DNA of 64,000 nucleotides from contig NC_045696.1 of NCBI RefSeq assembly GCF_009834535.1, forward strand, positions 76,758,001 to 76,822,000, given 5' to 3'. The notes under the pieces were generated by a model that saw nothing but the letters and a program-made list of their open reading frames with translations, was not told where the DNA came from and searched no databases. Source of the DNA: Camelus ferus (lineage: Eukaryota). Positions 37,068-50,829 of the stretch are shown here, one piece after another (positions within the stretch are counted from its first letter, which is position 1; every line of letters starts with the position of its first letter). The position numbers and the translations under genes are program-made.

Positions 37068-37510
37068 TCCAGATATAGGTGAAGCTCTCTTTTGCTTATT
37101 CCTAATGGGTTATTCCATCCTCCCCCCTCTGAGATAATCACTGTCCTGAAGCTGGTACAAATATCACTGACATACACATTTTTATACTTTTAATACATAT
37201 GTTAGCATTCATAGCCATGCATAATATCATTTTATGTGTTTTAAATCTAAGTGAAGGTTTTTATAGTCTAGTATATCCTATGACTTCCCCTTCTATCCGA
37301 TTTTATTCTTTATTCATGTTTGGTTTATTGTTCATACTGTACATCTACTTGGATAGTCTGTTGAGAATACCAATAATCTTTACTATTTTACCTTTGATTT
37401 TCTCAGGAATGTCATTTTCAGAGGAATGCTTTTTTTTTTTTTTGACCCTGATTGGCCAGGATAATATTCCATTGATTTCTAGTGTTTTTTCCCCTTATAG
37501 TTCTTATGGA
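36200..37510 (-). mobile_element. Cluster of very old L1 fragments (L1M5/L1ME-like)
   Basis: T-rich sequence with antisense ORF2 motifs (TTTAGAAATTTTGCATCTGTATT, CAGTGGTAAACC...CTGGAG) and an L1ME-like 3' end at ~36925-37260. Confidence 0.6.
37037..37064. repeat. (AC)14 microsatellite
   Basis: Read directly from the sequence. Confidence 0.95.
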
Positions 37511-38056
37511 TTTTTGTTTCTGTATGTGTAAATCAGAAGAAACTATCCCAGGCCCAGTATTTGCCAACAGAGAAGGTGTGTCATCCTTGGCCCCACTCTT
37601 AGTCCAATTGAGTCTTGTTAAATATTCTGAAATCCATGGCTGAAAAGTAGATTACTGTGCTCACTCCCAGTCCCAAGTATGTTGTTTGGTAGACATTTAA
37701 CTTATTCAGCTATTTTGGTTGAGATGGGGTCTCCTACCTCAGTACCTGACATGAAAAGCTACCAACCCACTGTGAACACTTCCTAGTGCTGCTGCTATTT
37801 CTACAGTGGGGCTTCTCTTTCCAGGACACAATATAGCATCATTTGTCTTTGGATAATGCATGTTGATTTCTGAATTGTGCTGTTTGTATGGATGTAGGAG
37901 GGGAGTTATTAACTAAGATAGTAACTAAGGGAGAAGCTTTTATAGCGGCCACTTCAAAAGCAGTACCCATGGGATTGTACCCAAGTGGTTCGGACCCTAG
38001 GACTTTGAGCCGTGGGGCGCGCAAAGTGTCTCCCTTCCTTTGTCAAGAGTGATATG

Positions 38057-38458
38057 TTTGGACCTGGAAATTGTCATACTAAGTGACGTAAGCCAGAAAG
38101 AGAAAGAAAAATACCATATGATTTCACTTATATGTGTAATCTTAAAAAATGACACAAATAAACTCATTTGCAAAACAGAAACAAACTCACAGACATAGAA
38201 AACAAACTTAATGGTTACCAGAGGGAAAAGAGGTGGAAAGGAATAAACTAGGAGTTCCAGGTTTACAGATACTAACTACTATATATAAAATAAATAAACG
38301 AGTTGCTACTGTATAGCACAGGGAATGATATTCAATATCTTGTAGTAACCTATCATGAAAATATATGAAAAGGAATATATGTATGTGTATGACTGAAACA
38401 TTATGCTGTACACCAGAAATTGACAACATTGTAAACTGACTATACTTCAATAAAAAAA
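38057..38458 (+). mobile_element. 5'-truncated L1 (end of ORF2 + 3'UTR + poly(A))
   Basis: Starts in the ORF2 C-terminus ([25 protein letters not shown]). AATAAA at 38449-38454, then an A run. 12-bp TSD AAGAGTGATATG (38045-38056) / AAGAGTGCTATG (38459-38470). Confidence 0.92.
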
Positions 38459-39092
38459 AAGAGTGCTATGCTCTGGGTCAGTATAGAATCATGCATTTTC
38501 CCTTCAGTTTTGATTCTGAATTGTTTTATAGCTCTTACAGTTTGTACAAGTTCTTTTCAGATTAGCAATAAATTGATATTATTAGATTTTCTGTGTTAGG
38601 TATTTTAATTTTTTCTGTAATTTCATATGTATTTTTAATGGGACGTTAGGAGAAGTTGCACTGAGATCTACAATTTAGATGACATATAAAAATGAAAGTC
38701 CACAAACAGTGAAGTTTAATAAATGTACTGTACTGATTAGAGCAGACTGGTTTGGGGTTTATAATGGCCTGGGGCAAAAGAAGTTGTAGTGAAAGACACA
38801 GACATGTCACAAGGAAAGCTGAAAGAGATCTGGAAAGGAAGCAAGGCAGAGACATTTTCCTTAGTCATTCCTGGCCAAAAGTTTCATCAGTTTCTTAGTA
38901 GAAATTAAAAGTTAATGTCAGATCTACCCTGTAAATATACCAGCTCAGGTCATTTGATGGCTAATGTGTATTTGAAGAGAAGTGTGAGATCATGTCTGGG
39001 CTCAGCCAGAGACTGAGAGCCAAGAACATTTAGGGATGGCTGCTCTGGTATAGGATGGGGTGTGTATTTACAACACCAGTAGTGCTTTATCA

Positions 39093-39206
39093 AGGAGGGA
39101 GGGTATTGCCCAGTGGTAAAGCACATGCTTAGCATGGGTTCAATCCCCAGTACCGCTATTAAAAAATAAATAAAAATAAATAAACCTAGTTACCTTCCCC
39201 TCAAAA
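39093..39206 (+). mobile_element. tRNA-derived SINE (camelid Vic-1-like), internally deleted
   Basis: A box TTGCCCAGTGG (39106-39116), B box GGGTTCAATCC (39136-39146), A-rich tail. 13-bp TSD TAGTGCTTTATCA (39080-39092 / 39207-39219). Confidence 0.88.
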
Positions 39207-39250
39207 TAGTGCTTTATCAGTAGATTTAAGTACCTCAGCATAGTCCCATT

Positions 39251-39690
39251 GTGTCAATTCAGATCCTTTGAGCAGCAGATGTCAACATGGTTGAGATGTT
39301 GATATGACTGAGATTTTTTTTGGTTTGGCGGAGATGCCAGTGAAGGCAGAAAGGGGAAAGAACAGGAGTTAGAGGGTAGAGCCTTTAGGTGATAATGCAG
39401 TTTCGGGATTTGTGGAGGGAAAGAGGAAAGCAAAGATTCAGTGGGAAGAATCTCAGACCACAATGTATTGCTGAGAAAGTTTTGATCAGGCTGACGGGAA
39501 GTCCTTGAGCAAAGACTGCACATTGGAAGACTCCTGCGTTAAACAGTAGTGGCCCGGCTCTAGTAGTCCCCGTCAAGCTCAGTCATTGGCTGGGAGCAAC
39601 CAGGAGGAAGTGTGGCCTCAGTGTGAACACTGTGGTGGATCTGAAGGGTGGCAGCTGGAAATATCGGTCTCCACTAACCTCTGCCATTTA
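39251..39690 (-). mobile_element. LTR16C-like ERVL LTR
   Basis: TTCAGATCC..TGAG.AGCAGATG, CTGAGAAAGT, GAGCAAAGA.TGC, GCTCTAGTA..CCC..GCTCAGTCATTGGCTGGGAGCA, GTGGCCTCAGTGTGAACACTG.GGTGGATC. Confidence 0.75.
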
Positions 39691-39699
39691 CAGAGAGCA

Positions 39700-39870
39700 T
39701 ACTACAGTCCATGAAACTTTAATATTTAATTTACAAAACAAACTTGTAAGGTAAATAGTATTGCCCCTATTTTATCAATAAACAAGCTTCAACTTGGAGA
39801 GGATAAATGATTTAAGTTCTCATAAATCAGTAAGTGGCGGTGCCAGAATTGTAACATAAGTCTATAGGTA
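39700..39870 (-). mobile_element. MIR SINE fragment
   Basis: TTTAATTTACAAAACAA..TGTAAGGTA..TATT.CCCCTATTTTA..GGAGAGG.TAAATGA..AGTAAGTGGC. Confidence 0.55.
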
Positions 39871-41264
39871 TATGTTAGGATTCGTTTGGTAGAAAGCCAC
39901 AGAAAATATTTTTTAAGGGAAGAAATTTATTTATTTATTTATTTTTTTAAGAATCTAGGCACAGTTGTTACACCCAAGGGCAGATCCTTGCCCAGGATGG
40001 CTTGGAAGCAGGGTTGGCGTGCCTCACAGCTCTCTCCTGTGCTCCTCCCAGGGCATCTGATTACTTCTTTAGCTGTGGAATTGGTTTTCTTGTAAATAGC
40101 AGAAAAGTGGCTGATGACAACCACTGAGTCCAAGAGAAAATCAAAGATTAAAGCTGGAATTTCTTTCTCAGGGAACGGGTTCTGCATCAGCTCAGATCAG
40201 GTATCCACCTGTAGAATGATTGATTAACTTGGCTGGGGGCTGGGTTCTAGAGGAGAGATTTTGTTGGGGTGGGGTGGGGGTTAGGGTGTGCCACTGCAGT
40301 TATCATGTAAATAGCTGGGAAAGGGGAAAGAAGTTACCAGAAAATGGAGGTGTTTGATGTAAAAGTTAATCGGTGCCCACGGCAAGATAGCTTCCTCAAT
40401 GGGGTGAACCCTAAATATATGTGTATTTAAATATGTAAATAATATGTATATGTATATGAAGATCAGTGACAACACTCTTTACATACAGCCATTTAGCAAG
40501 ACATATTTATTTCCTGTCTGAATATGCACTTATTTCACATAGAGATAATGGAAACTAATTTTTTCCCAGTAAAATGTTCTACAAAACAGTATTTTTGACA
40601 TGAATGAGCAATGTATACCATACTGAAGACTGTAGGGAAATAAAAGAGTGAGTTCACTGGGTCCCTGGGGAAAAAGAAGTTAAAGCTTCTGGCCCAGATC
40701 TGTTTCTTTCCTGTTACTGTGAGGATGCTCTTAGGAAAGGAACAAAGCAGGTGACCTGGTCTAATCTTGTGAGCATGCTGATAGCTGAACCCTCTGGTAG
40801 CTGAATTCATGATGTTTGCTAGGAAGAAAGTCTTCATGTTGCTGGTTTAAGATTGATTATGGTGACCAAATTCAGGGTATATGGATTTATGGGTCATGGC
40901 TCCCTAGAAAATGTTCTTTAGGCTAGGTATAAACTGTATCATAAACGTTTCTTGCTGCGATGTCCTGTGTACCTCATTAGAGATCTCACTATCACTCTGA
41001 GCTGGACAGCACATGTCCAGTATTAAGATGGAAGGACCTGGGGAAACCCTATGGAACCTTTCCTGCTTCAGCTGTGCCTTTTGGCTGCTTGTATCCTTGA
41101 AATTATTGGTGAACCTTTATGCTGGGGAGATATCTGGTTTAGGCGAGCCTGATTGGACAGTCTGTTCCTTTGAATTAGCTCAGTCCTGCAGCAGGCAACT
41201 GACATACTTATAGGGCATTTCCCTTCTCCAGAATTATCTTCTCTCTTGCACTGCTGGAGGATGG

Positions 41265-41642
41265 TATTGTGGGCTGAGTTTTTCCTCCCAAATTCATATA
41301 TTCAAGTCCTAACCCCTAGTACCTCAGAATGTGATTATACTTGGAGGTTCGGTCTTTAAAAAGTTAATTAAGTTAAAATGAGGTCATTGGGATGGACTCT
41401 AATCCAGAATGACTTGTGTCCTTACAAGAAGAAAAAGTTTAGACACAGGTACAGAAGGAGGACCGTGTAAGAACTCAGTGAGAAGACAGCCGTCTACCAG
41501 CCTTAGGAGAAAGGCCTCTCAGGAGAGAACACTGCTGACCTTGATCATGGACTCCTAGCCTCCAGACAGAGAGAAAATGAATTTCTGTTGTTTAAACCCC
41601 ACCCTGTGGTGTGTATTATGGCAGACCTAGGAAGCGGCTACA
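41265..41642 (+). mobile_element. MaLR solo LTR (MLT1A0/MLT1B-like)
   Basis: Perfect 5-bp TSD GATGG (41260-41264 / 41643-41647). AAGTCCTAACCCCTAGTACCTCAGAATGTGA, AAGTTAAAATGAGGTCA, TAGCCTCCAGA, ATTTCTGTTGTTTAA. Confidence 0.9.
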
Positions 41643-44210
41643 GATGGGAAGGGGGATGTGTCCCCTTTCTTTGTTCATAGAGTCCATGCAGAGTCCAGCC
41701 TTATTGGTTTGTGTGTCTCTCTTCTAGGATTTCCCTTGGTACTTAAAATTCCTTACCCTTTTAGTATTTAGAATATTTTTGTAACTTGATGATTCCCTGG
41801 CACATTAATCATAATGAATTATTACTAAGGAACCATTCATTGGAAGTGGAAGAATTCTTGTAAATGATTTTTCTCTCTGTTGCAGCATTTTGTTTATGCT
41901 GCTAGCAGCTACAGGTCAGACTTTCTACCTGTGATGGATGGAGCAAATTATCTTGATGATATTTTGGGAATATGATAAAATATTAACAAAACAGATATGT
42001 AATATGTACCTGAAAACTTGAGTGTTTGCTGTGTAACTACCATTGGAGATCTTGAGTAGTTTTACAGGATTTCATTAACTTACCCTCCCTCTTTTTTTCC
42101 TGGAAGCTTTGCAAATTGCAAACTTTCTAGTATTCTCAATAGACTCTATCCCGATTATTATACAGGCAAATGGAGATTCTACTATCATTTTAAATAGAGA
42201 ATTTCCCCAGAGTGAATACTGGAATTTTTGAACTATCTCATTTAATGCCTTAGTTTGGAAAATGTCTATGACTTCTTCCTCAAATAGGGCAGAGGGGAGT
42301 CACTCCACTGTTGTCTGTAAAGGGCATGAGGGAATCTGTATATTGAATTTTTATCTCGTTCTCACCCTTGTTGCTAATTTGCACAATGTTTGAGCTATTT
42401 GAAAGCATTCTTAGAAATGGATATTTGACAGGCTATTCCAGTTTTTCAAGCAGCTAAGCAATGGGAAGGTCCCAGCCAGCCTCTTTCCTTTATTGTCTCC
42501 ACTTCTATTTCCTGGGCTCAGGTGAGCACACAAGCAAGGTAGAGGGCTTCCGTGCTCATGCCAGACCTATGCATAAATAGAATATCCACCCACTTTCTAT
42601 CTCCTGCTTATATTTTTTGGAGGAATAATATACGGTGGGTTATGTTTAAAATTTTTTGAAGCTGTGAGAAGACGTTTATACTGACTCTGAGAACTCTGGA
42701 GCAAACAGATAGAAAAGAGACAGGAAGAGTGATTGAGAAGTGTGTTGTAGATTTACCTTTTTCTGTCATTACAGTTGCTGAAGGAGATAAAGATATCTTT
42801 GAACTGATGAGAATTAGTTTAGGTACCATGCTCTGAACAGAAGAGGGCAGAGGGTGAGAGGAAAGGGACCATGTTAATGGTTTCTTTGAAGGCAATGTTC
42901 CCGGGAGCCTGTGAGCAATGAGTTACAGCAGTTTAAGGGATATTTCCTAAGGGAAACCGTAAAGGTGTTTACTTCCTGAAACAATCTACAAGGTGTGCTT
43001 AGGGCAGAAGTGTGTGTCTAAGCCTGCAAGGTGTTTGTCTTCCTGCCTGAGGCCCGGCCCAATTATGCGATGTATCAATTATCTCTGTCCTTCTCATCTC
43101 CTATCAGTTCCGAAGGTGTTTCCTTGTTGCCTATGAGCCGCCAGGTGAAGGGAGGTGCCAGTGGTAAGGGAGTAGTCTGGATAAAGGGCTGCACCAAGGT
43201 GAATGTGGATTTCGCTTTCCCTTAAAAAGTTGACTCTCTTGTAAAGGAGAAAGCACAGGGCTCTCAAAATTCTAACTAGTTAGAGATAATGAGTGGTTGC
43301 CAGTCAGAATGAAAGAAATAATCAGTAATAAAGGGAGAAGGAAAGAAAGCTTTAATGAAGAAATGAGAGAGAAATAGTACAGGTGAGTGGCAGATTCTGA
43401 CACAGGGGAAAGCTGGGAACATATGCTTTAGTTTGAGTTATACTATGTGGAGGGGACCTTGGCAGAAAAGTGGAGTTTGGATCTGATGAAGAAATGGTAG
43501 CATCCCATGCTCCACAGGATGATCAGTAAGATAATTAGGTCCCAGTCCATGCAGGTAATCCTGTTGCAAGGTTGTGGAGGGAGAGATGCCCAACAGTGAT
43601 TGGCATCTTCTTATTCAGGCCATAGAGTGTTCTCCTGGGGCAGACAGATGAGATGTGACACACGGTGTCACTAGTTTGTCCAGCCCGACCAGCCATTATC
43701 TCATACTGTTGACTCACGTGAGGTTGATTGTGTCTATCAGGGAAGATGTGCGAGTAACGATGTAGAGGTCCCATAAGAAATGGAAGAACTCAGGTACACA
43801 GACGGTATCCTAATTTCTTCTTGTCTGGGGATGGAATTATGGACAAGTATTAAAAGGTAACTTAATAGGTATGTTTATTTATTTGAGCACTCTCATTAGA
43901 GGATGGGGACTTTGTCTTTCCACAGTGATAACCCCAGTTATGACTACAGTATGTTGTATTAAGGTGTGTGCTGAACAAATACATGAAAGAGGAAAACATT
44001 GATGTCACCTGGATGGCCATGTGCAAGGTGTTGCTGAAATAGAATTTAGATTTTTGAACCATAACTTAAGACCCTAGAATGGTGAGGTTTTGGATAGAGT
44101 GAGGATAGAGCTTAAAATTATATGGTTGAGATGTAAGCTAAATATGACGGAGGAGACAACAAATAATTGGAAACACTGGTGTAGACTCTGATTTTGGAGA
44201 ATGAAGATAG

Positions 44211-44729
44211 TGTTACCAAGTCCAAACTGGTTCTGCTCGCTGCACGACAGGCCAATAAATCGGGAGATGAGGTGTTGGGGCAAGGAATAATGACTTTATT
44301 TGGAAAGCCAGCAGACTGAGAAAATGGCAGACTAATGTCCTGGAGAACCATCTTACCCAAGTCAGAATTCAGTCTCCTTTTATGCTAAAAAGGGGAGAGG
44401 GTGTGGTTGGTTGTTGCAGACTCCTTGGTATTGGAATCCTTTGTTCTTGCAGCTGTCCAGGTAGGTCAGTTCGTGGTGTTCCTTCAAACCTCCAACAAGA
44501 CAAATGTTATTTTCTATTCTGCAACTTTTTATCTTTATATGAATGGGAAAATCTTACACCCTTATAGGTCAGAGCCTTGAGAATGGGCATTCCTATATAC
44601 TTTAGGCTACAGACAACATTCTTTTACAAAAGGTGCAGAATCAATGAGACTCAGCATGGGAAACAGAGCACAGGGTTAAAGTCAAAGGAGCAGATCTAAG
44701 GTGGAGTCAAATTTGTTCTTTCTATTACA
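44211..44729 (-). mobile_element. ERV1-type solo LTR, copy A of a family present twice
   Basis: TG...CA termini (plus TGTTACC...TATTACA). 4-bp TSD ATAG (44207-44210) / GTAG (44730-44733). Plus TTTATT near 44295 gives a minus-strand poly(A) signal. Colinear with 62676-63167. Confidence 0.9.
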
Positions 44730-46802
44730 GTAGTAACAGGGAATGTTAAGGGATGCTTAGTGACTTGCATGGAAAATCAGCAATGACACTGAAAGCCAAA
44801 TTATGGCCTCCACTACTTACATACTTCTGCAGAACATGAGAAATGAACAAGACATAGATTTCATACATGGCAAGAGGTTTTAATACTTTTGTAGTTATCA
44901 TTTAGATTTATTGAGATGTGATTCAAAATTGAAAGATGATAATAGTCTCCCTTTAAAAGGAACAGACATTTTATGATAAGAGTATAGAGAAGTAATTATG
45001 TATCAAGGAGGCATAGACCAGTATAGAAACTTAGGATGGTGTAGACCATCGCTGAGGAAAATTGAAACAGGAACCAGAAACTGTATTATTGGAGGAGTGT
45101 TCTTAAAACTGGCCAAATGGAAGAAAGAGATAATATGCTTTCGACAAAGATCCAAATGATGGCCATGTTTCCAGGTGCAGTCCTGATGGAGGGATTTCAG
45201 TTACTAAGAAATCTGCTAGGATTCTCAACTGGCTATGAAGCTGAGTGCTTGCAAGCTCTGTAAGGTCCTTCGAGAAGTTGATAAAATCTCCCAAAAGACA
45301 GGCCATTACAAGAACAGTCCCTCTGGGTCTGTCTGTGACATCTAGGAGAAATTTATTGACAAAGTGAAAGGAGCATAATCTTTGGGGGAAGTCCTGTGAC
45401 ACCTGAGAGTTTGTGATAACTATCTGGGGGACACCTGGCATGGTTGGTCATGTGTACAGACTTCAAGAGGGTAGACTTCAAAAAAAGGTCAAGGAAAACA
45501 TGGGCATGATTTCATGGGAAGATGACAACAGGTTTGGGAATTTCTTGAAATACAGTTCTGATTTCTGCATATTGTAAAGCATCCATCTGGTAACAATTAG
45601 GGGGAATTCTGAAAAGAAATTAAAATCATTGAATAGAGAGATCTCCAGCAAACTTAGATTTTTGTGAAAGATACATGTAAGTGATAGAAAAAGGAGTACA
45701 AATCAATAAAAAAAAGTATGCAAGGAGGGTCCACATGTATAAGAATAATGTCCATAAGGCTCAGGTGTACTCAGGTTTGCAGAAAGTGACACTGACAATA
45801 AAAACAATATGAGATTTCTTCAGTATATTCAGAGCAAGTAAAAGATCAAGAGAGAGACAGTGTAAAAATACTTTGGAAAGAGATGCAGTATTACATATCA
45901 CCCAGTAGGTTTCCTTCTTTCAGCTTGATTGTCATATTCTTCGGAGTGGGGCAAACATTGGGATGGGAAATTCAAACTGAATACAAATACAGAGATAAGA
46001 GGACATCAGCGATTTGGATGAATCCAAATCTTATGCAGCAAATGAATGACACCTTAGGGTACTCAGAAAACTCAAATGAAATTTCGCAATTTGTTATTGC
46101 AGAAAAATTGTGGAAACTGGGCAAGATATAGGAGACAGAAGTTGGCGATTATCCTAAATTTTTTTCAATGAAAGGTGATCTCTGTGAACACAATACACAT
46201 TTATGTCAATATGTAGCCATACTTACTGTTAATCTGTTACAACCCTTCCCCCTCTTTTTTTTTTTTCCCCCGCTGTTAAAATTACATGATATCTGGCATT
46301 TTGGTAAAATTGTCTCTAAATGTATCAGTATTCTTTTAATAAATTAAAAATGTTATTTTTATACATAACTGCAACACCAGCAGATTCATCATCTACAAGA
46401 AATCCTTTTCCCTTGGTTGCAGCCATGGCAGCAGAGGCACAGCAGTGGGGAAACAACAAAAAAGTAGAGAGTGATCATTAGGACATGGATTGGGTTGACG
46501 CAAGTTCATCCTAGACTAGCTTCAAATTTTTTCTTTGATGGAGTTTTGTAACTGCCAAGGAAATGAAGCCAAATGATACTGTATATTTGAACTTACGGAA
46601 TTTGACAAGGTCTCCTTAGTTTGTGGAAAAGATGGAGATAAACAGATTGAATTCCCATATTCGATTGAAATAATGGATTTTTGTTCAGTTGGAAGGAGTT
46701 TCTATTCGTAAACTTGTCATTTCTGATACTTTTGCCAATAACTTTGAAGAAGATACAGAAAATCTGTTCATCCCAGTTGTGGATGACAGAATCACTAGCC
46801 AA

Positions 46803-46922
<120 letters not shown>

Positions 46923-48394
46923 TACTATCTGGAAGGTAGACTGGAATCCAGTATGCTGAAATTTAACAGAATATACTATCCTTTATTAATTTCCAAACTT
47001 CTTCTCTAGAGACAGGAAAAGTAAGTTGGCAGTAAGTATGAAATTGACTTAGATGAGGCTTTCCAAGAAGAGAATGCCATTTGGGGTTGTGGGAACACAG
47101 CCTCTAGAAAGACAGTAGTTATAGCTTTGTTCCTACTCGGCCCTGGTGAGTCAGTGTCAGAGGATTTAGACAGCCTGAGTAGCCAAGAGATTTAAAAGAG
47201 TAGCGAGTGTAGTTAAGCCATGCCATGTAAACAATCTACTGAAAGAAATGAGAATAAATATTCTGGGAAAGAGAAAACTTGGGTGATGTGATAACTGTCT
47301 TCTGACATTTGAAGGGTTGTCATGTGAACGTATAATTAGACTTTCTGTGAAGACTTGAATGTTAGCATTTGAACCAGTTATAGAACTTCCAGGCAGAGAG
47401 ATTTTTGGCCCAAGATGTAGAAGAATTTTTCAGTGGTCAGAGCCATCTAAAGGGGTGTGTGTGTGATTTATTTCTAAGCCATTGGAGGTGTTCCAGAATA
47501 GAAGCATCGTTTCTTGGGATGTTATAACAGGCGTCTAAGCTCTGGATGATTAGGTGACACTTAAAGTCTTTTTTCATGCCTAAATTTTTAGCATTCTATG
47601 AAGCTATTTTCAGCTTGCTTGACTTCAAAGAGGCCAATTTTTTCATAATCCAAACCAAGATAATTAGGTTTTAACCCCAAAGGGATGGTACAACTTAATA
47701 GGGATCTTGTTTAGCTTCCTTTCTCCTTAACTTTCTGCCTAATTCACATTCAAGTGGCTTCTGGTTGCTATCTTGTCTTTCTGGAAAATTCCTTTTTCCT
47801 TTAAACTCAAGCTCCCCTTACAGCACAGGTGTCCAGTTCACCTGCAGCTTTCCAGTTTCTCTTTCTGGTCTGATGGAAAGACTCTGACATTTGATTTGCA
47901 GGAATTTGGTGACAGACCCTCAAAAAGACCCAGTGAATAGCTCTTCCTCTTCTAGGTTATTACATTTGACCAACTGTAGAACTTTCTATGAAAACTCAGC
48001 CTTTATGGCTTTATAAGTTTACAGAACAACCATAATTTAGCTCTAGACATAACTGTCACAATTAGATTAAAGTCCTTTTATGTATAAAATGAATTTATTT
48101 TGAAACTCATTTGGCTTGTGGGAGGGTTTGAAGTAATGGTGGCAAACACAAGGAGACAGAAGTGGGCATATAAGGAGACAAAATTAGAGACAGAGATTTG
48201 GGAGAATTTATATACTAGATTGATTGCTTAAAGGACGTGCAGAGTGAGAATAATGGGAACCTCAGCCCTGGAATGGGGGTCTTTTCCTGGTATTACTCCA
48301 GGTGTGCTCTGATATTTGGACAGGAGACTTAAATTTACTCAACACTCAGACCAAACACTGGTACTAAGAAAAGAATGAAGGAAAATAGTGTTTA

Positions 48395-48600
48395 TGTTCT
48401 TTCGTGTCATGGCCTGTGCTTGGTACTTTATCTATGTTATCTCGTCTAGTTCTCGTAACAACCCTAGGAGGCAAGTGGTAAAAGATGCAGATAAGGAAAC
48501 AGTCCAGGAGGTTAAACACTGGCCCCAGTGTACACAGCTGGTAAGCTACAGAGTGGCAGTTCATGCTGAGACACGCTGGCCATTTCTGCCACACCACATT
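48395..48600 (-). mobile_element. MIR SINE fragment
   Basis: TATGTTATCTC..TCTCGTAACAACCCTAGGAGG..GCAGATAAGGAAAC.G..GAGGTTAA..CACACAGCTGGTAAG. Confidence 0.7.
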
Positions 48601-50284
48601 GCATTCTTTGTTGTAGGGATGGGGCGGGGGGAGTGTCTCAAGACATACCATGTAGCAGTGGGGCAACGAGACTGTAAGTATCTCACCATCATTTTAAGCA
48701 ACAAATGGTTTATGTGCTTTTAAAGGAAAACTCACAAGATTGAAATATTGGATTTCTGGAACCCTCTTGAGTTCAAAGCAGACAGTTTATTTTAAAAAGC
48801 CATAAGGCACATGCAAATTTGTCAGCCATCAAATACATCAAGCCCATAGCTCAAAGCATTCTGTAAAACATGGAGAAGCAGACATGGTTTTTTGGTTTTT
48901 CTTCTTAAAATTTTATAGCTGCCCCCTGGAAACCAATGTGGCAAATTTGCTCAACCTCGAGTGTTTCAGGTGACAAGATTAAATCAATATGGGAAAAGGT
49001 TTCTTGACCTCCAAATACCTTGAATTCAGTGAGATCTGCCTAAGACGAAGGCAACTCCAGGCTCAGGGCCGTGGGAAGCCTGTGGCAGATGGTGGAGTGT
49101 TGGTGGAGGGCTGTGATAATGCACTCGCCATCAATTTCCTTATCTCCTGATTACACTGCTTTTTAGAAGCTATCCCTGGGGTAAATCTCTTTCATTGATT
49201 TTGCTGTCAGGAGTCAGTTCAAGTTCACATAGGAAAGGAAGATTAGTACCTCACTGGTTAAGTGCTTTAGCAATTTGCCCTACATGTTAAATTATAGGCT
49301 TTATCAGCTCAGAGCTGCTTAATTTCCAGAGCAGGGCGAAAATGATACCATTTGGGCCAACCGTTGATCTTACGTTTCAGTCACTGGGGAGCTTGGCAGT
49401 TTGAACTTCTCTGTAACTTTAGTAAAACCCTCCAAGTCCTGAGACTGATTTTTCAATATCGCTGGCAGTCCCTGTCTCTCTTGATAAACTGCATGGTCAC
49501 GTTACTGTGAATTGCTATAGAGTCTGCCTCCGCTATCTCTGCCAATTTCTTTAAGTAAGCCTGAGGATTTGCCGAAAGTGATAGCACTGTCGTTTGTGCT
49601 GGTCCGTGGTCTGTGTGGTTGTATGACGTGGCATGCAAAAACAGCAAAAATAATAACACTGCAGAGGGCAGTGATAGAAAAGACCACAGTCCAGCTCAGT
49701 ATCAAAAAGTTGAAATAAACCACAGTGCTAGTCCCCAAATTCTATGTCTGTTAGAGGAGAGGCATTTCATGTGTTTCATTTTTTCCATAGCTTTTGTTCT
49801 CTTTAGGCCACGCTCACTGAAATTCCTAGAAACAAAAATCCCTTTCTTTGGCTTGTAAATTATTTCACTCTCCTTGAAATCTCCTGACTTCAGTTATGTG
49901 ACTTTTGTTTTGCAAATCAGTTTTTCAAGGGAATGAGAAGAATTTTATTGAGTCTTCTTGGATGTTGGAAGAGGCTTGGTGATGGTCTCCCATGGTGTTC
50001 TTCTTACTGTGACCTTAAGGATAAACATGACCCAGGTAGAGAAAAAGGAGGGCAAAGAGCCCCATGTGAGGAAGACTGATGTGAACGGGGACCTGTAAGA
50101 AATTTGGCCCAGCTGCAGCATAAGGTTAAGAAGGGAGAGGCATGTGAGGTTGAAGAAGTAGGCAGAACCAGATTATGAAGGATTTTTTTTCCAGTTTCAG
50201 TTTCCTTTGCTGAGGTGTTTGTATTTATTCTAAAAGAAGCAAGGACATAATTTCCTGGTCCTCCAGAAAATTTGTAGTTCCTAA

Positions 50285-50829
50285 TGTTATCGGAGAGCAG
50301 TTGCTGTCTCATCACAGAAAGAATTCAGAAACGAGACACAGAGGTCAAGAAAGCAAAGCAAGGATTTATTAAGCAATAGGTAGTTCACTGTCAAGGGAAG
50401 AGCAGGCCGACTCAGGTGGGTCGCTGCCCAGAGTTTCTTTAGCAGGCTGGTTATGCAGGGTGTGAAAAGGAATGGGCAGAATATTCATCGGCAGGGAAGG
50501 GTTTGGGGTCATCTTTCTTGATCTTCATCCCAGCTCCACTTTCCCGAGGAGAGGAGGAATTGTTGTCCTTACTTAGTCTTGACTGAGAAGTCAGATGAGG
50601 GCATAATGAGTGAAAGGTTACATTTGGATGCTGAAGATTCCCGACTTGTCCCACCTTTCTTTGCCTCCAGGACACTTGTCAACCCAAAATGTGTGGTTTC
50701 TTATCAGTCCAGGAGTTCCTGCTTTTCTCTGCCCAAGGACCCCCGTTGTTCACAAGACATATGATTTCCTGCCATTTGGCCCGCGCCCCTCTTTCTCTGC
50801 ACATATCTAGCTACCTGCCTGCTCTAACA
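50285..50829 (-). mobile_element. ERV1-type solo LTR (different family)
   Basis: TGTTATC...TCTAACA termini. Perfect 4-bp TSD CTAA (50281-50284 / 50830-50833). Plus TTTATT at ~50365 gives AATAAA near the 3' end on the minus strand. Confidence 0.88.

Noticed and set aside
39093..39206. tRNA genes at 39093-39206 and 58545-58680
   Set aside because: A/B boxes are present, but the A-rich tails, a TSD on one copy and the lack of a complete cloverleaf identify them as SINEs.
40096..40206. Exon-like segment TAG|CAGAAAAG...GATCAG|GTATCC with an open frame
   Set aside because: It appears to lie within a degenerate MaLR-like LTR relic (~39870-40330), the donor is weak and the peptide is unrecognised.
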